From assembly GCF_006345805.1 (NCBI RefSeq), contig NC_043000.1, forward strand, positions 77,748,001-77,812,000: a stretch of 64,000 nucleotides of DNA, read 5' to 3'. The notes under the pieces are model-generated. The model saw nothing but the letters and a program-made list of their open reading frames with translations. It was not told where the DNA came from and did not search any database. The DNA comes from Octopus sinensis. Taxonomy: Eukaryota. Of the stretch, positions 11,762 through 22,875 are shown piece by piece (the stretch's first letter is position 1; each line of letters begins with the position of its first letter). The position numbers and the translations under genes were made by a program.

Positions 11762-14089
11762 CAGGCTTGCCAAATGTATTTTGATGAAAGTACCAAGTTT
11801 TGCTCAAAAAGTGCCAAAATTTAAATATTGCCTATAATTCAACAGAAATGCGTAATATATATTATTTATATTATACAGTGCTTTATTTTAAAGTGACCTA
11901 CACATATTTAATGTACTTACTTTATAATTAGAAGGCTGCATCGTGAACAGGATGAGGTTCCTCTTTGTACTAATGTCCTTGTCATTCTTTTACTTTAGCA
12001 CAAAGCTTTGCATCGGGTGCATAAGTTGTGCAGTTTACATTATGAAGAAGACTTTGTGAATGTAGCAGAGCATTGATTGTTTGGGTATGCAGTTTAAACC
12101 TATTCTTGATTTTAATATTATTTAGGACTGAAAATACTCTCTCGGCTGCAGTAGCAATGATAAGAGCCGAAGCATAAAGCACTATATGACCGGATAATGA
12201 GCTTCATATCCGCATTTTTCATTAGAAATTTTATACCAGTAATCTTCTGGTTAAGTAGCTTCATTTATGTCATTGTTATCTTGAAGTTTAAGTTCTCTCC
12301 AATCTTTATTAAGAGCTTCAATCTGACTCTCCTGAACAATATTTGGAAATGTGCATACCAGAGGAACAATTGAACTTGGACCATTGCAACCACGAATGCT
12401 AACTGGGCTTAGTGCCTCTAAAAGCTTCAGATTACAGAAGACATCATGTGCAAAGAAGCACTGAAAAAATTCCTTCCTAAGGTGCACATAAAATTTTAAT
12501 GTTTTCACAGGAAATTGTTTCAATTCAGTTGTACTAATAGATGAAGCTTTCTTTATGTAAATGCTTTCAACTTTTACTCCTGTGTAAATTTCAGTTATGG
12601 AAAATGGATCATTGGTATTAATTTCATGTAGCTCTTTATTTTTCACAATTTCTTTTTTTAACAAAATTACCAAACATTCCCTTAAGAGTTCATGTAACAG
12701 ATTTGTGCAGTTTATGCATTCTGTAGCTACTGATTGGAAATCTAAGTTCAACTTAATAATATCTGGCAAAATATATGTTTAAAATTCACAATACATATCT
12801 GTGATTGGATTTGTTAATGAGTTCAGTACATTTGAAGCTGCCCTGTTGTTATCTTCAATAGCCTTTGATACACAGTTATGCATAGAGTGACAAACACAAC
12901 CCTGAATAAAGAGAGAAGGAACTTTGTACTTCAGTAATACTTGCACACCTCCCTTCTGTCCCATCATTACATTAGCATTGTCATTGGCAAATTCTTTCAA
13001 ATGTTCGAAAGGAATATCATTTTGAGGTGAAGAGTTTTCAATAGAGGAAAAATTCCATTACCAGAGCAATCCTTCTCTTCCTAAAGAATTAAATAACAAT
13101 GAATAATTTTTTGAGTGCTACAGTCATAAAATCTAGCAAACAGAACAAGCTGTTTTTTTTTTTAATCTGTAGTTTCATCAACAATTAATGAAAACTTATG
13201 TTTAATGAGGTTTTTAAAGTCATATGGGCCTAAAACATTTTTATATATTTGAATAGCTTTGGTTCTGGCACATTTAATATCTTCAGTTATTTTGGAATCT
13301 GGACATGCATTCTGAATTAGTCCAGGTAAATGACCCATAAGTCTCACTGGTAAGTTATGTTCGGCAATGAAGGGACAAAGCTTAAGCTCTGCAGCTGCTA
13401 CGTTTGTAATATGAACAGAAGTTGCAGGTTGCCAGAAGTCGCTCTGTTTTCCACTTTTATTTTCTGAATTAACATTTTAGATATGTTTATCCGTTTTTCC
13501 GTGCCTCTCCAGATGAGTTACGCTGCCTTGAATTTCACAACGACAAAATTTACAGTATGCTCTTTCGATATTTGTTGGATAGTTTATGATTATATTGTTT
13601 AATTCTTTTCTTTATCGGAGTTAAACTAAGTCAATTTCATCACTGCTTTTATCTTTCGTATTCTTGCTCATCATGAAGATTATAAATAACTTATAGTTGA
13701 TAAAAGTTTAACGAGATAGTAAGGAAGCTCTTGTCACTTATGTATAAAACATGCTACTGACTGGCATTAGAGACGGCAACCCGGTGATATTGGATGGTAT
13801 GTACAATACACGCATTGAACACGTGTTATACTAACTAGCTACCAATTAGCTATAAACTGCCTCGTTATTAAACGTCGCAAAATAAATTTTGATATAAAAT
13901 AGTTAGTTCAAAAGTAATGCAATGTATTCATTGTTACATTGTTCACTTACATAGGCTGTAAACATTTTATTTTTACATAAAGTGAAAAGATTTGAAAAAG
14001 TGCCAAATTATTGCAACATAGTACCAAAAGTATTACCGCACACTAAAAGTACCAAATGTGAAATAATAATACTAGGGTCGGCAAGCCTG
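11762..14089 (-). mobile_element. hAT DNA transposon, both ends present, transposase decayed
   Basis: 10-bp TIRs CAGGCTTGCC (11762-11771) and GGCAAGCCTG (14080-14089). 8-bp TSD TCTTAGAT (11754-11761, 14090-14097). BED finger AYCKFCRCEI..HLERH at about 13490-13570. hATC motif AERVFSVLNNIK at 12120-12150. Confidence 0.92.
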
Positions 14090-14372
14090 TCTTAGATAAT
14101 GTCAGTTAAGGAGTATTATGCCCAAGAGAGGGAGTGGACTTTGACTAAAATTCACCGAGTGTCTGAGCTGCTTAAAGCAGCAGTTGAAACAGCCTGATAT
14201 CACAGTCTCAGAAGAAGAAAAAACTATTGGATAATGTGGTCATAGATGCAATGAGTCTGGTCAGATACTAGAATGGTGACAACTAGAAAGTGTTTGATCA
14301 TAGATCTCTTGAATCAGGATTGATGTTAAACATCATCCACACACACACATCATACGAGGAATTGAACAGTGT

Positions 14373-14830
14373 TTGTGCATTGGTTCAATATGTCACAGGT
14401 TAATGAAAGATGCAATGAAAGATGTAGTGGTGGTGATGATAGTGTTGTTGGCATTGTTATTGGACAGTGAAGGTGTCCTCAGTGATGGAATAATCGATGA
14501 TGGAGGTGTTGTTGTAGTGGTGATGGTGGTTATTGTAGTGGTAGTAATTGTGGTAGTTGTTGTAGAGATGGTTGTGGTGGCAACAATAGTGATAATTATA
14601 ATGATGGATGTTGTGATTTCGTTTAGTAGTGGATTTGATGTTTTTCATTTAAACGTTACAGTGTGTGGTCTTTTTGGTACAGCGGGCGATAGTGTTGCTG
14701 TTGTTGCTGTTGTTGTTGTTGATGATGATGATGATGACGACGACAACGACGACGACGACGATGATGATGATGATGATGAGGGTGGTGGTGGCGGTGGTGG
14801 TGGTTGCGGTGGTGGTGGTGGTGGTGATAT
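14373..14830. repeat. Degenerate GTT/GAT/GGT triplet-repeat tract
   Basis: Low complexity. The poly-V, poly-D and poly-G ORFs are artefacts. Confidence 0.85.
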
Positions 14831-15274
14831 ACCATTCGAGAAGATCTAAATGGAGTAAGTCTGTCAAGATTCAGTGCGTTTATTTCCGCCTAATCTTTGA
14901 TTGCATGAACGGAAGAATCGTCTAATGTTGCCAGTAAAACAGTAGCTTTGCCACAGCCTCACCACAAGCAATCTCCCACACACATATGGCCACCACCTTT
15001 AAATAGTCACTTACATGTTGACACATGTATGTCACACACTTCTATACATCTACACGTGTATTTGCGCATATATTATAAATATACACAGAGGCACACGGAA
15101 ACATACGCAAATATAAATATTCACATATTACCACATATATCTATGAATGTTGATTTGTATGTATGTATGTATGTATGCATGCATGTATATATGTATGCAT
15201 GTGTGCATGTGTGTATGTGTGTATGTATGTATGTATGCACCAGACACACACATACACACACATATTTATATATC

Positions 15275-15311
<37 letters not shown>

Positions 15312-15619
15312 ACACAAACACACCACACACTTAGCAACTCTAGTTGCCTATCGAGGAATATAAAAAGAACTTTTTTGCAGCTCATGGTTCTTCGATAAAA
15401 GGAAATTAAATCCTGAACCTTCCGTCTCAATAAATCACTATTGCTCCTGAAAGCTGTTTTTTATATTTACTACGGATTGCTTGAAGCTAACTTTCTCTCT
15501 ACGTCTCGATCTCTGGATCTTACATTTATATATGTATATGTGTGTGCGTGCGGTCGAGGCAATGTTACGCCACCTCCTCTAGGTAGACGAGCTTACCCTT
15601 TAGTTTGACTTGGGCCTCC

Positions 15620-16560
15620 CAGTCTGATAATGGATGTAGAAAAAAACGGGTCTCCTACTGTTGCTTTCGCTTTAAAAGCCTCCTTGTCATCTTCGCTTAA
15701 AATATATCTGATACTCTTTGGTGTTGATGGCTTCTGTTTGCTGACCTTAACTCTCTGCAGATCCATTCATTTGATAGTTTCTTGTACCGACCTTCTCGCA
15801 GTACCCTAGAACATCCGGTACGAGTGTTGCTCCTCACTTCTTGCAAGACGGACCTTCCTCTTTACTCCATATGTTAAGATTATTTGGGGTTGTCAAGAAC
15901 GGTGGCACACACTAAAAATGACAATTTTCAATGGTTGGCACTCCAGAGTTCCAACCGAGGAAACTGAAAGCTCGAGGACTTAGTTTCACTGTATCTAATG
16001 TCCCTGGTAGGCAAGCTCTACCGCTGTTATACAGCGTCCTTCCTCTGTTGAATCGCAGATCCTTTGCAATATAACTTTCCATTGCCCATGGTATTAGTAT
16101 TTTTCCACCTCTCGGTGCTGTAGTTACCATGTCCTAGGTGTCCTTGACTACTACAATAATCTCCTGATGCTTCCTGTACGTTTTCGCTTCCTTCATTCCT
16201 TCCTAATGATTCCACCTTTTGTTGCGCTTTGTGGCCTTGTTGTCGCGTCTGACTTCATAATCATCGAGTAGTAACAACGTGCTGACTGCTCTTACTTCAG
16301 TGGCTTCGAATTCCTCCGGCATTGTTGAAATTGGTAGAAGCTTAGAGGTATTGCCTTACAGGTAGATTGACCGGAGAGTTAAGGGAAAGGGAACGACCAA
16401 TCACCTTCGCGTTAATTTAATGCACAACTTCTCCAGTGTTTCCATCTTAGTCATGGCAAAGCCATATAGCAAGACTGACCACAGCAATCTGGGTGCTTAA
16501 ACTGGAAGCACTCCACTTTAAACCGTCCAAGTAGCTGGTTTTTATCAACTGCCTTCAGAC
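15620..16560 (-). mobile_element. R2/Hero-like REL LINE fragment, highly degenerate
   Basis: IWSKEEGPSCKK*GATLVPDVLGYC resembles the W..EDPxCxxC..TLxHILSxC zinc knuckle. Same type as 33700-35450. Confidence 0.5.
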
Positions 16561-16784
16561 TCTTCTTTAGTTGCGTTTTAATGTCATTGTCCTTAAGGAT
16601 AAAATCGTAATTCTTCCCAAGGCATCGGATTCTTTTCTCTTAGATTGTTAGCATCTCAGACCCTTAAAAGCAAACGATGTCATTTCCGTCAACATTTCTG
16701 TAAGCCTTACAGAAATGTTGACAGAAATGACATGATTCGAAAGAATCAGGTATGTAACTAGTAAAAGCACCAAGGTACAGTCGA

Positions 16785-17040
16785 GGACAGAGCACCTGTG
16801 TACCGACAATATATACTGACATATACGTACTTACTGAAGTAAACACGGATTTGTAACCGGGTTACACACTCTGCACGTATTTCACTTCGGCTACAGACTC
16901 CGAGTTAGGTGATGAATAAATAATAATATAGATAGGTTTGCGGTTCACTACAGCTGTTTCAGACGTGTTCTTTACTAAACAAAAGTGTTAGCTCATGCAA
17001 AAAAGTTTCCATCAGGTGAATGCAAGTAAGAATTAAAAAT
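16785..17040 (-). mobile_element. Solo PLE pseudo-LTR with a degenerate hammerhead at 16944-17020
   Basis: - strand: ttcac-CTGATGG-...-gtct-GAAA-cagctg-TA-gtgaa. 5-bp stem I, palindromic stem III, A9 variant. ACAGGTGCT motif at 16791-16799. Confidence 0.6.
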
Positions 17041-18030
17041 AATTTCTTACAAACAGGACATAGTGCCACATAACTCACCCGACCAAAGATACTCGAAGTG
17101 GAAAAGTTATTGCTTAATTTTACAAATGAGAAACAGTTAGCTGGTGACAGTATCCGTGAAGCATTTATCTGTGAGAAAGCATTATAAATTTAAAGTAAAC
17201 TCTGGTACAAGTGCTGAAAGTGATACTTTTGAATTAAAAGCTAGAAGAAGCTGGCTCGAGAAATTTAAGCAGAAAAGTTAAATACACAATGTACTTAGGC
17301 ATGGAGAAACGGCGAGTTCAAACAATGAAGTGGCTGAGAAATTTGTGACTGAGTTTAGTGACTTGATAAAGGAGGGAGGTTATCTCCCCCAACAGGTGTT
17401 TAATGGGGATGAAACAGAATTGTTTTGGAAACGAACGCCAAATAGGCCCTATATTACTAAGGAGGAGAAAGTGTTGCCAGGGCGCAAACCAATGAAAGAT
17501 AGACTCACTCTTTTGCTATGCGGCAACGCATGTGGCTATTTCAAGGTCAATCTATTGCTTGTTTACCATTCCGATAATCCGAAGGTTTTCAAAAGAAACA
17601 ATGTTATGAAAAGTAAATTGCCTGTTAGGCGCAGGAGTGGCTGTGTGGTAAGTAGCTTGCTAACCTCACTGACAGAAGAGTGACTTTGCTTACCGTACTA
17701 CGGTTTGGACGCGTTTTCTTCCCGGTAAGAATTTTGCTGTGTTGTTAATTGTTGAATTCCTACAACTGAAAATTTGCCTTTAAACGTTGCTGAACTGTCT
17801 TGTTCTCCGGTTTTACCGGGAAATAATTGAATAATTTCTTACCGTTGAACTGTTAGCCACTGTGGCTTGTTATTTACGTGACTATATATAGTCCTGCCAG
17901 ACTATTTTCGTGCCCCTCCCCCGAATGGGGGTGGGAATTGGAATTTTTGAACTGCTTTTTTGAACTACTTTGGAAGAAAAACTTTCTATAGGTTTCCCAG
18001 TTTTGTGGGAAACCAATACTCGTAATTTTT

Positions 18031-19457
18031 GTGTTGTCTAATTTCAACAGAATAATGTCTGTTGAAATTATTCACGAAAGTAGTGCTCTTGAGGAGAGCA
18101 ATGTTAAAAAATTTTCTGAGGTAGCCGCAGTGGCTGCCGAGAACATTGCCATCGATGTCAACCAGCTCGTCGAGCTATTTAAAAGAATGCAAGAGGAGGG
18201 TGGTGATGTTAAAATATCACCCTCCGCCAGTATCGTGGAGACCGAGAAGCGGACCGTAGTGTTTAAAACTTTCTGTCCACAAAGCAGAAGGTTTAAACAC
18301 TTTGAAAAAAGCACCATCGAGAAATGCCTGTCCCCGATTTGGAAGGACATCGTGTACGTCGCCAGGGGACGGGCATATGGCACTGTGGATGTCCGCTTCT
18401 CGGGGGAAGAAATGGCCCGCGGGCATTCTGTAAACCCCCTAAAAACCAAGGAGGTGGTACTTTTTCCAAGCTATAGGGGACGCAGGACGTCCCGGGTCAG
18501 GATTGTAGAAGCCCCGCCGGAAGTAGATCCGGTAGAGGTAGTGGCCGCCCTATTATATAAAAGGGCGGACAAAATAAAAATACTAGAAGTAACATGCTCT
18601 ACTCCTCGATTTTGGCTCGGGCGTAACATTAATATATTAATTCAAGGAACAGCGGAGGACCTGCAGCTCCTTCCTGAGAGGGTGCTCGTGGGCGAGAACG
18701 TATCCCTCAGGGTACAGGTCGAAGGCCGAAAACCCACCTGTTACGCCTGCGGCAAAAAGGGCCACATTCGTGTAGACTGTCCAGACAAGCAAAAGAAACC
18801 GCAGACACCAGGCCCCTCAGATAATAAAAAAGTCCCTACCCTTGCAAACACACCTACCCCTAAAAAACAAAAAAATCCCACTCCTGCTGTTACGGTGCCA
18901 ACCCCAAAACAGACTGAAGAAAAAACCCAGCCCTCGCACTCACAAACCCCTACACTATTAAAACCTCCCACCCCCCTAAAAACTGCAGCGCCTACCGAAC
19001 AAACTATTGCTACCCCAGACGATACCATGGAGGTATCAGAGGGGGGATTTACACCAGTTCGTAAAAGAATTCGTGCAGCATCCCCGTCCACATCCCCTAC
19101 AAAAAATAATAAAAACAAAGACACACCACAGACACGGAAAAAAAATCCCGCTCAACTGGCCCAGAAAAAGAAGACAAAAAAGAAAATGAACTCATATTAA
19201 TTGAATTCGACACACAAGACAAATACATAAACGATATTGTGGTTCAGCATCAGTCAGTAAGACTGTACAACAAATACAAAGATCGAAATAGACACGCGTG
19301 GATTGCGGAAACAACGTTCAAACAATTAAAAGACAGACACCCAAACGCCATCCGGCATGTCGCGAACTTGCCGGACTATCTGAAGAAAGAGGAGAAAGAA
19401 GGGGCCCACAAACGTGTGGTGAGGTCGGCCCCCACCTCTCCAACGAAATGTAAGTAG
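18031..19457 (+). CDS. Tx1 ORF1 (gag-like, CCHC zinc knuckle, Pro/Thr/Lys-rich tail); probable 1-nt frameshift in the A-run near 19138-19147
   Basis: CYACGKKGHIRVDC knuckle. Shifting frame at the A-run gives KKSRSTGPEKEDKKENELILIEFDTQDKYINDIVVQHQ..., joining ORF 19239-19457. Confidence 0.82.
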
Positions 19458-19474
19458 AACTTTTACTTTTTGTA

Positions 19475-22400
19475 ATGGCTTCGCTTAACCTTGGTTGTTT
19501 AAATGTGCGTGGTCTGAGTTCGAAGTGGAAGCAGGCTTGTTTTCTCGACGACCTCAGATCACATGATATACATGTGATGGTTGCTACAGAGACCAAGCTG
19601 GACAGCCTACAAACCTTCTCGCCTCTCCTGAATGGCTACGAGAAAATCATGTCTCCTGGCCAGACCGAAGGGCGAGGGGGCGTAGTGGTACTGATCCGTA
19701 AAGACTTGGCTCTACAGACAAGTACAGTCTATGTAGACCCAGAAGGTGGGCTGGTCGTCCTTGATGTGACATACAGCAGTAAGGCCTTCAGGTTGATCGG
19801 ACTCTATGCACCTTGTGCTAGAGGTTTCCAAACTGATTTTTATCGGCGCCTAGAGGGCTTTCTCGTGACGTCGAAGACTTTAGTGATATTAGGGGACTTT
19901 AATGCTATCGTTGACGTACACATCGATAGCGTTGGCTCGATCTATAGGAAAGTGAACTCACGTCTCGTGGATCTGCTTAAGCGGTTTCAGCTAGTAGATC
20001 GTTACAGACTTGACCATCCGAACGTCCCAGAGTGGACCTGGATGAGTGGCGACGGAAGGTTCAAGTCTTATCTAGACAGGATAGTGATAAGAACTAGAGA
20101 TAAGTCTAGTTTTAGTTGTCCACAGCTCGTCCAGGTGCCCTATACTGACCATAGAATGGTCACGTGTAGACTGGACATAGATAGCACACTTAAGATAGGA
20201 ACCGGCTACTGGAAGCTGAACAAGTCTATTTTGACACGCGAGGCATACCGTAGCCGGATTAAGGTGTTAGTGCAGAGGGCGTTAACCGGAGCCGTGGTTA
20301 ATAACCGGTGGTGGTTCACCCTCAAAAGAGCCATTCGATTCGAGTCCATTAGATTTAGTAAACAACTAAGACTAGATAGGGCTAGAATAGAAGGGCAACT
20401 AGTTAAGAACTTAGAGGAGGCGTTGAGGTTGGACTCTGCATCTCACATTTTAGCGGCGAGAACGGCATTAGACCGTCACCTCAAAACCAAACATGAGGGA
20501 TGTAGAGTCCGGGCTAAAGTACGAGCATTGGCCGTGAGGGAATTAATGTTGCCGGATGGGCCCGTACGATAGAAACACAGCGTGGAAACGATGCCACAAT
20601 TGGGTCTCTTGTTGATGAAAACGGATGCACGATCAAGAAGCGGGACGAGATGTGTGAGGCACTTCACAAGCACTTCGCCGAGTTGTTCGGGAGGTGCGGG
20701 ACGCTGGATCATGGTGAGGCCCTTAGGGACTTCCTGTCTGGTGGCCCGCGCCTCTCGACACGAGAGGCTGAGTGCTGTGAAGGGCCAATCACAGCCGAGG
20801 AAGTAATCGAGGTGTTGGGCAAGTGCCCCGGGGAGAAGTCGCCGGGTCTCGATGGTCTGCCCTATGAATTTTATAGAAGTATGCCAGACTTGTTCGGGCA
20901 CCTGCTGGCTAGCGTCTACGCCAACTGGCAGCAGAATGGGAGAATTCCCAAGTCTGCGAGCCGGGGGGCGGTGACGTTGATCAGGAAGGACCCGAACAAG
21001 GGGGACGAGATAGGGAACTTCAGGCCCATAACTCTGTTAAACACAGAGTTAAAGATTCTGGCCAAGGTGCTAGCAAAAAGGTTGGCGCGGGTCGTGGACA
21101 AACTTGTCGGGGAAGCGCAAACGTGCGCTATCCCCGGCAGAACGATCCACGACAATCTCCACCTTATACGCTACTCCTTAGAGAGGGTGGGGAAGCTTTC
21201 TGGCGCAGGGGGAGCACTGGTACATTTAGACCAGTCCAAAGCATTTGATAGGGTCGACCATCGGTACCTGGCGGCGGTCCTCGGAGAGGCTGGCCTAGGC
21301 CCGACCTTTCGAGGTTGGATCGCTGCTTTGTATAGCGACATCGAGTCTGTAGTCAAAGTGAACGGTTCCTTTTCGAAGCCGTTCAGGATCGAGCGTTCAG
21401 TTCGTCAAGGGTGTCCCCTGTCCTCTCTCCTATACGTATTGGCTCTTGAGCCTTTGCTGCGGAAGTTGGAGGCACTAGGGGGCGCGCCGCATGATCTATG
21501 GTGTGGAAGAGGAGCTACGGCGTATGCGGATGACACCTCCATCATCGTGGCAGACGAAGGCCAGCTTCCAGTGGTGGAAGAGGCCATCAAAAGCTACGAG
21601 GCGGTGGCAGGAGCAAAGGTTAACAAGGACAAGTCGGTCGGTTTGCAACTCGGCACCTGGAGAGGCAAGCCGATGCCGTCCAATAACGTCGTAGGGCGTT
21701 GGACGGAAGGTCCTGTTAAGCTGCTCGGAGTCTGGTTCGGGCCAGACCTCCAGATTGAGAAAAATTGGAGTGAGGTGGCCAACAAGGTGACCGCTCTAAC
21801 CCAGACCTGGTCTGGGCGGGCGTTATCCCTGCTAGGGAAGGCGGAGGTGGTGCAGATGTTTATAGCATCAGTAATCACCTACCGTCTGACCGTGGTGCCT
21901 TGCCCCGATTTGTGGCTGAACAAGTTGGAGAGAATCCTTTTCCGATTTTTGTGGAAAGGAGGAAAGCCACTTGTAAAGCGCTCTGTCTGCTGCCAGAAAC
22001 CGCTAAAGGGTGGGCTAGGGATGCCTTGGCTGAGGATGCGAAAACTCGCGTTAAGGTTGAGGCACCTCTGGCTTTACCTGGATGGAGAGCAGGTGTGGTC
22101 ACCGCACGTCCGGTTCTACCTTCCCCAGTTAACATCCCTAACGGACATCGGTGCATGGATCAAGCGGAGACCTAAACTGAGTGAATGGCATTTGGAGTGC
22201 CGTCAGGCGCTCCAGCTACTATCTCGGGTGGGCAACGCCGGCAACAGGAGTTCCACCACGGATTTCTATAGCGGGTTAGTGGAGATTAAGTCCGAAGACG
22301 CCTTGGGGGAGACCCTGGGCTACGATGAAAATCAGTTGGTCAACCTGTTCCGGAGGACGTTCGGGCCGGGGTATCTGGATAATTACCAGAAATCCCTGGC

Positions 22401-22875
22401 CTGGCAGTGTTTCCGTGCGGCTTTACCTGTTCGCGACAAGCTGTCAAGGCACGGTAGTGCCGTCTCGCCGACATGCCCGCGATGTGAGCAGGATAGGGAG
22501 ACCGTCTTGCACGCATTCGTGGAGTGTCCGGAGTTATCGGGACTGATAGCTTTTGTTGAACAACTGTTGTCAGTGATGGGAAGAGTACAGCTATCAGCTG
22601 AGTCTATCATCGAGACTGTGCCGCCCCCTTTCCTTAACAGGGAAAGAAAGGCTTGTTTTTTCTGTGTAGTAGCCATACTGAAAGAAACAGTATGGAAGAC
22701 GCGTACGAAAGGTATAGTGACAGGTACCTTTGTCTCCGGCCAGGGGTTGATTAACTTTTTTAGTTACCACCTCAGTAGCAAAATCAGGCTGGAGAAGAGG
22801 TGTCTGTCACGAGATATGTTTGCGAAAAGATGGAAGCCTGTGGCATACAAGATGGGTATGTTTGGCACCAGGTAA
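19475..22875 (+). CDS. Tx1 ORF2 (APE endonuclease + RT + C-terminal zinc motif); single frameshift near 20527-20535
   Basis: LNVRGL, ATETK, GDFN, YLDR and YTDH (APE). KSPGLDG, FRPITLLN, DQSKAFDRV, RQGCPLS and YADD (RT). CPRC..ETVLHAFVEC. Confidence 0.92.

Noticed and set aside
17627-17665. SINE heads as tRNA genes (also 1851, 23104, 53517)
   Set aside because: They are tRNA-derived but continue into SINE bodies, and no complete cloverleaf was seen.
19239-19457. Apparent third ORF between Tx1 ORF1 and ORF2
   Set aside because: Better explained as the frameshifted C-terminus of ORF1.
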